Source: Hyphomicrobiales bacterium
Lineage (GTDB): Bacteria; Pseudomonadota; Alphaproteobacteria; Rhizobiales; Xanthobacteraceae
Direction: 5' to 3'
DNA: 64,000 nucleotides
Assembly: GCA_017305515.1 (NCBI GenBank)
Contig: JAFKKP010000301.1
Coordinates: forward strand, 349-64,348
The notes under the pieces were generated by a model. The model searched no databases and was not told the DNA's origin. It saw nothing but the letters and a program-made list of their open reading frames with translations. The translations under genes and the position numbers were made by a program. Shown here piece after piece: positions 1-9,943 of this stretch; within the stretch, counting starts at the first letter, position 1; each line of letters opens with the position of its first letter.

Positions 1-1410
1 CTGAATCCGGGCCAATTGCGCCTGCGCCAGCGAATCTTCAGCCTGAAATAATGTCAGTTGCGTGTTTAGCACAGTCACGATGTCCGCGGTGCCTGCCCGA
101 AGCTGCCTCTCGGAAAGTTCAAATGCGCGGCGCGAGGATGTCACGACGTTGCGCTGGAGCCGCAGTTTCTCGGTGGTCTGCCTGATCGCATAAAGCGCCG
201 TATCCACGTCGGAAAATGCTTGGATGACAGTCTTGCGATAGGTTTGCAGCAGTTCGTCCTGTTTGGCCTTGTTGTAGTCGAAGTTCGCCTGAATTTTTCC
301 GGCGTCGAAAATCGGCTGCGTCAGGCCGGCCGCCATGTTGAAGAATGCCGATTGCGGCACGAACAGCGCCATGAGTGCCGCACTTTGATAGCCGCCGCTG
401 CCGGTAAGCTGGATGCTCGGGAAGAATTGCGCGCGCGCGCTGCCGACATTTGCTGTTGCCGACGCCAATTGGTTTTCCTGACGGCGAATGTCCGGGCGCT
501 GGATCAGCAGTTCGGATGGCAACCCCGGCGTCACGCGCGGGATTGCCATTCGCCCAAGCGACGACCCCGTCAGCCGCACGCGCTCCGGCGGGCGCGCAAC
601 AAGCACGGCAAGAACATTCGCGTTCTGATCGAGCGTCTGTTTCAGCGGCGGCACCAGCGCCTTCTGGTTGTTCAGCACGCTTTCCTGCTGGGCCAGATCG
701 AGATCGGAATTGGTGCCGGCATCGACGCGCGACTTGATCGCGTCGTAAATGCGCTGCGCGCTGGCGATGTTGTTGGTCGCAATCCGCAGGCGGTCCTGCG
801 ATGCGACAACCGTAAAATAAGCGTTGGCGACGCTGGCCAATGTCGTCAGCGCGACGACATCGCGGTCGAAGCGGTTGGAGTTTGCGGTCTCTTCCGCCGC
901 CAGCAGCGCGTCGCGATTCTTGCCCCAGAAATCGATCTCATAGCTCGCGTTCAACTGCGCGACATGATTGGTGACTTCCGTGCGGCCGCCGACCGAGCTG
1001 CCGGTGGTGACTACGCCTGTATTCTTGGAGGACCGCGACCGCGATCCGGAAAATCCGCCGGTGACGCTCGGCAGCAACGCCGTTCCCGCTTCATGCGCAA
1101 GCGCGTCGGCCTGAACGATCCGCGCGGTTGCCGCGGCGATGTCGAGATTGACCCGCTGGGCTTCCTCCATCAGCACTGTCAGTTCCTGCGAACGGAAACC
1201 TCGCCACCAGTCGAGCGAGGGCGGTGTGTCATCGGGCTCCAGTGTTGCCGACTTGTAGGTGTCGGGCACGTCGAGCGCGGCATTTGGAACGTCAGCCGTG
1301 ACGATGCACCCGCCTGCGCTGGCCGCGACCGCCAGCGCAAGTGCAATACCCGCCAGACGCCGTGGACCGGGCGCGGTCGGAAACTCGAACTGAACGCAGG
1401 ACGACGGCAC
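1..1410 (-). CDS. Outer-membrane efflux lipoprotein, NodT/TolC family (3' end runs off window)
   Basis: Hand translation of the minus strand from GTG 1410: lipobox ..LALAVAASAGG-C, then PSLDWWRGFRSQEL..NLDIAAATARIVQA; not in the ORF track because it has no stop in the window; start approximate. Confidence 0.85.
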   Translation of the reverse strand, partial: MPSSCVQFEFPTAPGPRRLAGIALALAVAASAGGCIVTADVPNAALDVPDTYKSATLEPDDTPPSLDWWRGFRSQELTVLMEEAQRVNLDIAAATARIVQADALAHEAGTALLPSVTGGFSGSRSRSSKNTGVVTTGSSVGGRTEVTNHVAQLNASYEIDFWGKNRDALLAAEETANSNRFDRDVVALTTLASVANAYFTVVASQDRLRIATNNIASAQRIYDAIKSRVDAGTNSDLDLAQQESVLNNQKALVPPLKQTLDQNANVLAVLVARPPERVRLTGSSLGRMAIPRVTPGLPSELLIQRPDIRRQENQLASATANVGSARAQFFPSIQLTGSGGYQSAALMALFVPQSAFFNMAAGLTQPIFDAGKIQANFDYNKAKQDELLQTYRKTVIQAFSDVDTALYAIRQTTEKLRLQRNVVTSSRRAFELSERQLRAGTADIVTVLNTQLTLFQAEDSLAQAQLARIQ

Positions 1411-1675
1411 CGGAGGCTACTCTTCTGGAAAATCGACGCATCCTACCGGGGCGGACGGACGGCGCACAGTCATCCCAAGCCTCGGCGATCCGCACAAGCG
1501 CGATAGCGGCAAATACGCCACTGTGATCGTGGCGATTGTCCGTTGGATAGCGGTTTTCCGCGTATTGACCGCATCTGGAAAGACTACAATCCTTACAAAG
1601 ATTTCATTTGCGGTTTCGCGACTGACGAGGATTGCAAGCTGCGTTCAGGTGTCCCCGGCCCGCTCGTTACCCGTC

Positions 1676-1702
1676 TGAAACTTCAACAGGAATTTCCCGT
1701 AT
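1676..1702 (+). promoter_or_regulatory. Possible ECF sigma promoter (TGAAAC-N16-CGTAT)
   Basis: Motif ends about 30 bp before the 1734 ATG; loosely like Rhodobacter RpoE promoters that drive the orthologous genes. Confidence 0.3.
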
Positions 1703-1733
1703 TTCGGGTGCCGGTTGAGAACGGGGGCTGGGA

Positions 1734-3047
1734 ATGCGCGTCGCAATTGTTGGAACGGGAATCGCAGGCAATTCGGCCGCGTGGGCATTGTCGCAGCGAT
1801 ACCCGGTCACGGTTTACGATCGCGAATTGCGGATCGGCGGACACAGCCACACTGTCACCATCGACTACGACGGAACGGAGATCGCAGTCGACATCGGCTT
1901 CATTGTCTACAACGAACTGAATTATCCCGGCCTCACAAGACTGTTCAGCCATCTCGGCGTGGAAAGCGTAGCGAGCGACATGACGTTCGCCGTCACCGCC
2001 GACAACGGCGCGTTCGAGTGGAAGGGTGGCGGCAATACGTGGTGGAACACGGCCAAGGGACTGTTCGCGCAGAAGCGCAATCTGTTGTCGCCGACATTCC
2101 TGTGGATGCTGCGCGATATTCTGAAATTCAACGATACGAGCATCGAGGATCACGCCGACGGACGGCTCGAAGGGCTTTCGCTCGGCGATTATTTCAAGCT
2201 GCGCGGTTTCGCGCCCCGGCTTTTGACCGACTATCTCGCGCCGATGGGCGCTGCGATCTGGTCGGCACCGGCCAATGACATTCTGTCGTTCCCGGCCGAA
2301 AACTTCGTCGCCTTCTTCAGTAATCACCGCCTGCTGCAATACGACCGTCCGGTCTGGCGCACGGTGAAAGGCGGCAGCCGCGCCTATGTCGAGAAACTGA
2401 CCGCGCCGTTCCGCGACCGCATCAAGACCGGCTGCGCGGTGACGTCGATCGAACGCAACGATCACGGCGTCATCGTCACCGACAGTCTTGGCCACAGAGA
2501 GACCTACGATCATGTCGTCATCGCCTCGCACAGCGATCAGGCGCTCGAAATGCTGTCGGACGCGAGCAAAGACGAGCAGCAGATTCTCGGCGATATCCCC
2601 TATGCGCCCAACATCGTCTATCTGCATCGCGATCCGCGCCTGATGCCGAAGCGCAAGCGCGCTTGGGCGTCGTGGAACTTTCTGCGCTGGAAACGCAAGG
2701 GCACCGCCGTCAACGATGTCGCGGTCACCTACTGGATGAACGCACTGCAAGGCATCGACGCCGACAAGCCGCTGTTCGTCAGTCTCAACCCCCCCTTCGA
2801 TCCCGATCCCGCGCTGACCTTCGGCCGTTATCTGTGCGATCATCCGCAATATGATCGCGCGGCTTTCGCTGCGCAAAAGCGGCTCGGCGAAATTCAGGGC
2901 CGGAACCGGACATGGTTTTGCGGCGCATGGACGGGATACGGTTTCCACGAGGACGGCCTGCGCTCAGGTCTGGCCGTCGCCGAGGCACTCGGCGCATCGG
3001 TGCCGTGGAAGTCGCCCGCACCCGAACTTGCGGAAGCTGCGGAGTGA
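1734..3047 (+). CDS. FAD-dependent oxidoreductase (amine-oxidase-like; UfaD-type)
   Basis: N-terminal VAIVGTGIAG Rossmann motif, IGGH, DIGFIVYN, C-terminal FCGAWTGYGFHEDG; operon with DUF1365 and cfa. Confidence 0.9.
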   Translation: MRVAIVGTGIAGNSAAWALSQRYPVTVYDRELRIGGHSHTVTIDYDGTEIAVDIGFIVYNELNYPGLTRLFSHLGVESVASDMTFAVTADNGAFEWKGGGNTWWNTAKGLFAQKRNLLSPTFLWMLRDILKFNDTSIEDHADGRLEGLSLGDYFKLRGFAPRLLTDYLAPMGAAIWSAPANDILSFPAENFVAFFSNHRLLQYDRPVWRTVKGGSRAYVEKLTAPFRDRIKTGCAVTSIERNDHGVIVTDSLGHRETYDHVVIASHSDQALEMLSDASKDEQQILGDIPYAPNIVYLHRDPRLMPKRKRAWASWNFLRWKRKGTAVNDVAVTYWMNALQGIDADKPLFVSLNPPFDPDPALTFGRYLCDHPQYDRAAFAAQKRLGEIQGRNRTWFCGAWTGYGFHEDGLRSGLAVAEALGASVPWKSPAPELAEAAE

Positions 3048-3050
3048 AGC

Positions 3051-3929
3051 ATGGAATGGCACGACGCCGGTGAGCATTCGCAGACGCTGAAGGACACGGC
3101 TCCCGCCGCGCTCTATTTCGGCGATGTGATGCATGCCCGGCTTAAGCCGATGGGGCATCGCTTCACCTATCGCGTGTTCAGTCTCCTGATCGACCTCGAC
3201 CGGCTCGATGAAGCCGACCGAATGTCGCCGCTGTTCGGCGTCAACCGGGCCGCGCTCTACAGCTTTCGCGAAAGCGACCACGGCAACCGCGACGGCTCAT
3301 CGTTGTGCGCTTACGTCCATCGCGTCGCATCGGAGAAAGGCATCGATCTGCGCGGCGGGCAGGTTCAATTGCTGTGTTACCCGCGCCTGTTCGGCTACAC
3401 CTTCAATCCGCTGTCGGTTTATTTTTGCCGCGATGCAAACGGAAAGCTCGCGCTGCTGATCTATGAAGTGCGTAACACGTTCGGCGAAATCCATTCCTAC
3501 GCCCTTCCGGTCCGGCCTGACGAATTGTCGCAGGCAGGCGTTCGGCAGGAACAGAACAAGCTGTTCTACGTTTCGCCCTTCGTTGAGATGGCGATGCGCT
3601 ATTATTTCCGCGTCTCGCCGCCGGAAGACAGCGTCAAGCTGCGTATTTTGGAGACCGACGCAGACGGCCCGCTTCTCTCCGCCACCTTCCACGGCAGCCG
3701 CAAGCCGCTGACGACCGCCTCGCTGCTTCTGGCTTTCGTCGACCTGCCGCTCGTGACCTTCAAAATCATGGCTGCGATTCATTGGGAGGCCTTGCGTCTG
3801 TGGATCAAAGGCGCAAAACTTGTCGCACGACCGAAGAAATTGAGTCCGGGCGAACGCCCGGCGCAACAGGGGCCAAAATTACAAGGACTCGGACCGCAAG
3901 GACTCAAGCCGCAACAACTCGGACACTGA
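3051..3929 (+). CDS. DUF1365 protein (UfaO-type)
   Basis: G.VMHAR..P..HRFTY, GYTFNPLSVYFC, EVRNTFGE.H.Y, K.FYVSPF, IHWEALRLW. Confidence 0.9.
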   Translation: MEWHDAGEHSQTLKDTAPAALYFGDVMHARLKPMGHRFTYRVFSLLIDLDRLDEADRMSPLFGVNRAALYSFRESDHGNRDGSSLCAYVHRVASEKGIDLRGGQVQLLCYPRLFGYTFNPLSVYFCRDANGKLALLIYEVRNTFGEIHSYALPVRPDELSQAGVRQEQNKLFYVSPFVEMAMRYYFRVSPPEDSVKLRILETDADGPLLSATFHGSRKPLTTASLLLAFVDLPLVTFKIMAAIHWEALRLWIKGAKLVARPKKLSPGERPAQQGPKLQGLGPQGLKPQQLGH

Positions 3930-3956
3930 GCCATTTCTCCTCGATGGATTTGCGCG

Positions 3957-5186
3957 ATGTCTGACTTCATCAGGATCACCCCCGACAACGTTGCAGCGAC
4001 GTTGCCCGATGTGCCGCGGCTGGTGCGGCTGGCTCTGGATTTCGCTTCGCGGCTGCGGCGCGGCACGCTCGACATCACCCTTCCCGACGGACGCACCATA
4101 CGATGCGGCGGCGACGAGCCCGGCCCCGCCGCGCAGATGAAAATCTACAATTACGATTTCGCCTGGCGTCTGGCACGCGGCGGCGACATCGGAATTGCCG
4201 AAGCCTATCTGCGGCGCGAATGGGACACGCCGGACCTCACGCAGTTTCTCTATATCTTCTGCGTCAACCACGACCTCATCCAGTCGATGCTCGGCGACAG
4301 GCCGATAGCGCGCATGGTGCAGATCGTCCGCCACTGGTTCAACCGCAACACCAGGCGGCAGGCCAGGCGCAACATCTACGCCCATTACGACATCGGCAAT
4401 AAATTCTATTCGGCGTGGCTCGACCCGAGCATGACCTATTCGTCGGCGTTGTTCGAGGACGGCACCAACGATCTGACCGCAGCCCAGCACAACAAATATC
4501 GGCGGCTGGCCGAAGCGATCAATCTTCAGCCGGGGCAAAAGGTGCTTGAGATCGGCTGCGGCTGGGGCGGCTTTGCAGAATATGTCGCAAAAAACTACGA
4601 CGCCAAGGTTGTCGGGCTGACGATCAGCAGCGAGCAGCGCGATTTCGCGCAAAAGCGGATTCAGGCGGCGGGCCTCAACGACAAGGTCGAGATCCGTTTT
4701 CAGGATTACCGCGACGAGGCCGGGCAATACGATCGCATCGCATCCATCGAGATGATCGAAGCCGTCGGCGAACAGTTCTGGCCGCGATATTTTTCGCAAT
4801 TGCGCGACCGGCTCAAGCCGGGCGGCTTTGCCGGAATTCAGGCGATCACAATTCAGGACCGTTTCTTCAACGCCTATCGCCGCGAAGTGGATTTCATCCA
4901 GCGTTATGTGTTTCCGGGCGGCATGCTGCCCTCGCCGCAGGTCCTCAAATCGCTCGGCGAGAAATTCGGCGTCCCTGTGATCCGCGAGCGCATTTTCGGC
5001 GAAGACTATGCCAAGACGCTGGCGACGTGGCGCGACAATTTCCGCGCCGCATGGCCGAACCTGATCCCGCTCGGTTTCGACGAGCGTTTCCGCCGCCTGT
5101 GGGAATACTACCTCGCCTACTGCGAAGCAGGATTCCTCTCCGGCAATATCGATGTGCGGCAGGTTGTATTCGCCAAATCCGTATAA
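3957..5186 (+). CDS. cfa: Cyclopropane-fatty-acyl-phospholipid synthase family SAM methyltransferase (UfaM-type)
   Basis: HYDIGNKFY..WLDPSMTYSSA, VLEIGCGWGG, SIEMIEAVG, FIQRYVFPGG. Confidence 0.92.
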   Translation: MSDFIRITPDNVAATLPDVPRLVRLALDFASRLRRGTLDITLPDGRTIRCGGDEPGPAAQMKIYNYDFAWRLARGGDIGIAEAYLRREWDTPDLTQFLYIFCVNHDLIQSMLGDRPIARMVQIVRHWFNRNTRRQARRNIYAHYDIGNKFYSAWLDPSMTYSSALFEDGTNDLTAAQHNKYRRLAEAINLQPGQKVLEIGCGWGGFAEYVAKNYDAKVVGLTISSEQRDFAQKRIQAAGLNDKVEIRFQDYRDEAGQYDRIASIEMIEAVGEQFWPRYFSQLRDRLKPGGFAGIQAITIQDRFFNAYRREVDFIQRYVFPGGMLPSPQVLKSLGEKFGVPVIRERIFGEDYAKTLATWRDNFRAAWPNLIPLGFDERFRRLWEYYLAYCEAGFLSGNIDVRQVVFAKSV

Positions 5187-5306
5187 GCTGCGATTTCATT
5201 CTCGCGCGCTGTGACGCCGGTCTCGTCTGCACCCGCCGCACTTGCTCCGCTCCCATGCGGCCACTAGGTTTGAGGGATCAGTCCCCGCCTTGCAGATTCC
5301 GGTCCC

Positions 5307-6347
5307 ATGCAGATTCGCAAAGACGTTATCGACGCCATCGGCCACACGCCGCTCATCAAGCTGAAGGCTGCCTCGAAGGCGACCGGTTGCGAGATTTTCG
5401 GCAAGGCCGAATTCATGAATCCGGGCGGGTCGGTAAAAGACCGCGCCGGCAAGCAGATGATCCTGGAAGCGGAGAAGCGCGGCGAGTTGAAGCCGGGCGG
5501 TCTCGTTGTCGAAAGCACGGCGGGCAATACCGGTATCGGCCTTGCGGTCGTCGCGTCTGCGCGCGGCTATCGCACCATCATCGTCATTCCCGAAACGCAG
5601 AGTCAGGAAAAGAAGGACGTGCTGCGTCTGATGGGCGCCGAACTTGTCGAAGTGCCCGCGCTACCGTTCTCCAATCCGAACAATTATCAGCATGTCGGCC
5701 GCCGTCTCGCGGATGAACTGCGCAAGACCGAGAAGAACGGCGTGCTGTTTGCCGACCAGTGGAACAATCTCGACAACCGCAAGGCACATTACGTCTCCAC
5801 CGGCCCCGAAATCTGGGAGCAGACAGGCGGCAAGATCAACGGCTTCATCTGCTCGGTCGGCAGCGGCGGCACGCTGGCCGGCACATCGACATTCCTGCGC
5901 GAGAAGAACAAGGACATCAAAATCGGAGTCGCCGATCCGCGCGGGGCTGCGATGTATAATTATTTCGACCACGGCGAGATGAAATCGACCGACGGCGGCT
6001 CAGTGACAGAAGGCATCGGTCTCGGCCGCATGACGCCGATCATCGAAGGCATTCACGTCGACAAGGCCTATCTGATCGAAGACTCAGAGGCCGTGCCGAT
6101 CGTGTTCGATCTTCTGGAACATGAAGGCATCTGCGTCGGCGGCTCGTCGGGCATCAATGTTGCGGGTGCCATTCATCTGGCGAAGGATCTCGGCCCCGGC
6201 CACACCATTGTGACGATGCTGTGCGACTACGGCACGCGTTATCAGTCAAAGCTGTTCAACCCGGAATTTCTGCGCTCGAAAAATCTGCCGGTACCGGAAT
6301 GGCTGGAGCGCAAGAGCGACATCAGGCCGCCGTTTGTGAAGACGTAA
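5307..6347 (+). CDS. cysK: Cysteine synthase A
   Basis: IGHTPL, KAEFMNPGGSVKDR (PLP lysine), TAGNTG, GSGGT. Confidence 0.93.
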   Translation: MQIRKDVIDAIGHTPLIKLKAASKATGCEIFGKAEFMNPGGSVKDRAGKQMILEAEKRGELKPGGLVVESTAGNTGIGLAVVASARGYRTIIVIPETQSQEKKDVLRLMGAELVEVPALPFSNPNNYQHVGRRLADELRKTEKNGVLFADQWNNLDNRKAHYVSTGPEIWEQTGGKINGFICSVGSGGTLAGTSTFLREKNKDIKIGVADPRGAAMYNYFDHGEMKSTDGGSVTEGIGLGRMTPIIEGIHVDKAYLIEDSEAVPIVFDLLEHEGICVGGSSGINVAGAIHLAKDLGPGHTIVTMLCDYGTRYQSKLFNPEFLRSKNLPVPEWLERKSDIRPPFVKT

Positions 6348-6357
6348 GGCGCTGTCC

Positions 6358-6458
6358 CCTCATCCTGAGGAGCACGCGCTTGCGTGCGTCCCGAGGGATG
6401 AGGCAACGTCATCTCATGGTTCGAGACGCAACGCTTCGCGTTGCTCCTCACCATGAGG
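6358..6458. repeat. RIME/REP-like rhizobial intergenic palindromic element (two inverted units)
   Basis: CTCATCCTGAGGAGC..GCGTCCCGAGGGATGAG followed by CTCATGGTTCGAGACGC..GCTCCTCACCATGAG, between convergent cysK and aapP. Confidence 0.8.
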
Positions 6459-6466
6459 CGCAGCCC

Positions 6467-7207
6467 TCACCGCAAAATCTGGCTGAGGAACAGCTTCGTC
6501 CGCGCGTGCTGCGGATGTGAGAAAAATTCCTCCGGCTTGTTCGCCTCCACGATCTGCCCGCCGTCCATGAAGACAACGCGGTCGGCAACCTCGCGCGCGA
6601 AACCCATCTCATGCGTGACGACCAGCATCGTCATGCCTTCCTTCGCGAGATCGACCATCGTGTCGAGCACTTCCTTGACCATTTCCGGATCGAGCGCCGA
6701 CGTCGGCTCGTCGAACAGCATCACTTTCGGATTCATCGTCAGCGCACGCGCAATCGCCACGCGCTGCTGCTGGCCGCCGGAAATCTGCGCCGGATATTTG
6801 TCGGCCTTGTCAGGAATGCGGACGCGTTCGAGATATTTCATCGCCATCGCTTCCGCCTGCTTCTTCGGGATGTGACGGACCCAGATCGGCGCCAGCGTGC
6901 AGTTTTCCAGCACCGTCAGATGCGGAAACAGGTTGAAACTCTGAAACACCATGCCGACCTCGCGCCGCACGTCATCGACGCGACGACGCAGATTGGGGCC
7001 AAGATCGATGCCGTCGACCACGATGCGACCTTCCTGAAATTCCTCCAGCGCATTGATGCAGCGGATCAGCGTCGACTTGCCCGAACCCGACGGGCCGCAG
7101 ATCACGATGCGCTCGCCCTTCGCGACAGACAGATCGATGTCGCGCAGGACATGAAAATCGCCGAACCATTTGTTGAGGCCAGAAATGCTGACGATGGGAT
7201 CGCTCAT
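6467..7207 (-). CDS. aapP: Amino acid ABC transporter ATP-binding protein
   Basis: [36 protein letters not shown]. Confidence 0.93.
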   Translation of the reverse strand: MSDPIVSISGLNKWFGDFHVLRDIDLSVAKGERIVICGPSGSGKSTLIRCINALEEFQEGRIVVDGIDLGPNLRRRVDDVRREVGMVFQSFNLFPHLTVLENCTLAPIWVRHIPKKQAEAMAMKYLERVRIPDKADKYPAQISGGQQQRVAIARALTMNPKVMLFDEPTSALDPEMVKEVLDTMVDLAKEGMTMLVVTHEMGFAREVADRVVFMDGGQIVEANKPEEFFSHPQHARTKLFLSQILR

Positions 7208-7216
7208 GCTGAAATC

Positions 7217-8734
7217 TCAAACATTCCTGTGGGCGTTCAGACGATTTTCGACGAACAGCGAATAGCGCGACATGCCAAAGCAGAACACGAAATAGATCAT
7301 GCCGGTGAAAGCGAAGCCGGTGAACAGCGTCGTCGGCGTCGCCCAGTTCGGATCGGCGAACGACGCACGCAACTGTCCGAGCAGATCGAAGATCGCGACG
7401 ATCAGCACCAGCGTCGTGTCCTTGAACAGCGCGATGAAACTGTTGACGAGGCCCGGAATAACGTGACGCAGCGCCTGCGGCATCACGATCAGGCCCGTCG
7501 TTCGCCAGCAGGACAGCCCGAGCGCGCTTGCGGCCTCCGCCTGCCCGCGTGGCACGGCCTGAAGACCGCCGCGAATGACTTCGGCGTTGTAGGCACCCGC
7601 AAACAGCGCGATGCCGATCAGCACCCGCACGAGGCCGTCGATGGTGAAATTGCCCGGCAAGAACAGCGGCAGCATATAAGTCGCGAAAAACAGTACGGTA
7701 ATCAGTGGCACGCCGCGCCAGAATTCGATGAACACAATCGAGAAAATTCGGATCAGCGGAATCGTCGAGCGCCGTCCAAGCGCAAGCGCAATGCCGACCG
7801 GCATCGAGGTGACGATGCCGGTGATCGACACGACCAGCGTGACGAGAAGTCCGCCCCACTTTCGCGTATCGACAATCGGCAATCCGCCGCGGTCGAGTCC
7901 CATCGCGAGGACGATTGCGGCTGCGAACGCAAACACAAGCACGCTTGCGATGAACGTTCGCCAGCCGGTGCGGACATGACCGTTCAACGCAAACAGCGCA
8001 AGCGAAACGACCGCCGCCGTCGCGACGAAATCGTTCCAGAACGGATTGGGGCTTTGCGCGATGAAGTCCCTCAGCCAGATCAGCGGCGAGATGAGATAGG
8101 TCAGCGCAAAGCCGAGCCAGATGATCGCGGTCGCCGCGACATTGATGGCGGGCGCGAGCGGACCCGTTGCCTGCCCTGCACGCGCGAGCACGAAGCCCGC
8201 CTCGCCGACAAGACTGACCGCAGCCGACAGGAATTTCGCCGTCCAGCTGATTCCGAAGCCGTGCAATCCGCCGCCGCGCAGCAGAAAAAACGCGACGATT
8301 GGAAACGCCAGGAAAAACAGACCGGAGTTCAACGCCTTTGCCGGCACGCGCGGAACGAGCAATGGCAGTAGCAAAAGCGCGCCGATGGCAAATGTCAGGT
8401 TGACGCGCCAGCGTTCACCGTCCGGATAGAAACCGTAGATGAACTGATCGAACTTGGCCTGAATGAACGGCCAGCACGCGCCGACGACATGACCCGCGTT
8501 TTCCTTCAGGCAAGCGGTGCGATCCGTCCCGGTCCAGACCGCATCGACGAACAGAAACCGCACGACGGGCGGAATGACAAGTCCCAGCAGCAACACGCTT
8601 ATAATCGTGAGCATGATGTTGAACGGCGAGCCGAACAGGCGCTCGCGTGCGAAGGCGACGGCACCCGTCGTCTTCACCGGCGCGCGGCGCGGCGCGATGA
8701 TGTCGGTTCGCACGAACGACACAGACTCGGTCAT
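7217..8734 (-). CDS. aapM: Amino acid ABC transporter permease
   Basis: Start set at MTESVSF (ATG overlaps aapQ stop); FIEFWRGVPLIT, AEVIRGGLQAVPRGQAEAA EAA loop. Confidence 0.9.
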   Translation of the reverse strand: MTESVSFVRTDIIAPRRAPVKTTGAVAFARERLFGSPFNIMLTIISVLLLGLVIPPVVRFLFVDAVWTGTDRTACLKENAGHVVGACWPFIQAKFDQFIYGFYPDGERWRVNLTFAIGALLLLPLLVPRVPAKALNSGLFFLAFPIVAFFLLRGGGLHGFGISWTAKFLSAAVSLVGEAGFVLARAGQATGPLAPAINVAATAIIWLGFALTYLISPLIWLRDFIAQSPNPFWNDFVATAAVVSLALFALNGHVRTGWRTFIASVLVFAFAAAIVLAMGLDRGGLPIVDTRKWGGLLVTLVVSITGIVTSMPVGIALALGRRSTIPLIRIFSIVFIEFWRGVPLITVLFFATYMLPLFLPGNFTIDGLVRVLIGIALFAGAYNAEVIRGGLQAVPRGQAEAASALGLSCWRTTGLIVMPQALRHVIPGLVNSFIALFKDTTLVLIVAIFDLLGQLRASFADPNWATPTTLFTGFAFTGMIYFVFCFGMSRYSLFVENRLNAHRNV

Positions 8735-9936
8735 GTGCCGAGACTCCGGTTCAGCCGCCAGCCGTAGAGCGACATGATCGCACTCGTGAACAGAGAGCTC
8801 AGAAGATACACGCCCATCGTCATCGCGATGATCTCGACCGCCTGCCCGGTCTGGCTCAGAGCCGTGCCTGCAAACACCGAGACGAGATCGGGATAACCGA
8901 TGGCAACCGCCAGCGACGAGTTCTTCGTGAGATTGAGATACTGGTTGGTGAGCGGCGGCAGGATCACGCGCAGCGCCTGTGGAATGATGACCAGCCGCAA
9001 CGCGTCCCCGCGCGTGAGGCCAAGCGATGCGCCCGCCTCCATCTGTCCCTTCGGGATGGCCTGAATTCCGGCGCGGACGATTTCTGCGATGAACGCGCCT
9101 GTGTAGGTGGACAGCGCAAGCAGCAGCGCGACGAATTCCGGCACGATGCGCGAGCCGCCGGAGAAATTGAAGCCTTTCAGTTCCGGCATCTCGAATGCGA
9201 AGGGCGCGCCGAACAGAATCGCGACTGCCAGTGGCAAGCCGATGAGCAGCCCCGCGACATATGGCCAGATCGCCAGATTCTCGCCGTGTTTGAACAGCCG
9301 ATGCCGCGCGTAAGCGCGCATGCACAGCGATGCGACGATGGCGATTGCAATCGCAACCACGAGGGGGCCGAAACTGCCCTGCGGGATCGGCTTCGGCATG
9401 ACGAATCCGCGGTTGCTGATGAACACGCTGTTGAAGATCGAAATGCTCTGACGCGGCCCCGGCAATGTCGCGAGCACAGCGAGATACCAGAACAGGATCT
9501 GAAACAGCAGCGGCAGATTACGGATCAGTTCGACATAGCCCGTCGAGAGTTTCGACAGCAGCCAGTTTGGCGACAATCGTCCCAGCGCGACCGCAAGCCC
9601 GATGATGCTCGCGAACACAATTCCGATAACGGACACGACCAGCGTATTCATCAGCCCGACGAGGAACACGCGCAGATAACTGTCGCTCTCCGAATACGGG
9701 ATCAGCGATTGGCTGACGCCGAATCCTGCGGTGTTGGAGAGAAAGCCGAAGCCGGAGGCGATGCGTTGCGCCTGCAAATTCGCGCGCGCGTTCGCAAAGA
9801 TTTCGTAGCCGATACCGACGAGAAGAACGAGAAGCACGATCTGGACAAGAACGCCGCTCCAACCGGCCTGTCCGCCGAGCGCGCGCCGCAGCCGCGCGAT
9901 AGGACGCAGCGGGGGGTTGCGCGCTTCGGCGTCCAT
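8731..9936 (-). CDS. aapQ: Amino acid ABC transporter permease
   Basis: YVELIRNLPLL, AEIVRAGIQAIPKGQMEA, NLTKNSSLAVAIGYPDL. Confidence 0.92.
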   Translation of the reverse strand: MDAEARNPPLRPIARLRRALGGQAGWSGVLVQIVLLVLLVGIGYEIFANARANLQAQRIASGFGFLSNTAGFGVSQSLIPYSESDSYLRVFLVGLMNTLVVSVIGIVFASIIGLAVALGRLSPNWLLSKLSTGYVELIRNLPLLFQILFWYLAVLATLPGPRQSISIFNSVFISNRGFVMPKPIPQGSFGPLVVAIAIAIVASLCMRAYARHRLFKHGENLAIWPYVAGLLIGLPLAVAILFGAPFAFEMPELKGFNFSGGSRIVPEFVALLLALSTYTGAFIAEIVRAGIQAIPKGQMEAGASLGLTRGDALRLVIIPQALRVILPPLTNQYLNLTKNSSLAVAIGYPDLVSVFAGTALSQTGQAVEIIAMTMGVYLLSSLFTSAIMSLYGWRLNRSLGT

Positions 9937-9943
9937 GCGACGC

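Noticed and set aside
220-1506. 428-aa + strand ORF, and similar long ORFs at 6611-8371, 16965-18230, 18179-19684, 30870-32069 and 34559-35752
   Set aside because: Antisense shadows of clear genes in GC-rich DNA; Arg-rich with no motifs.
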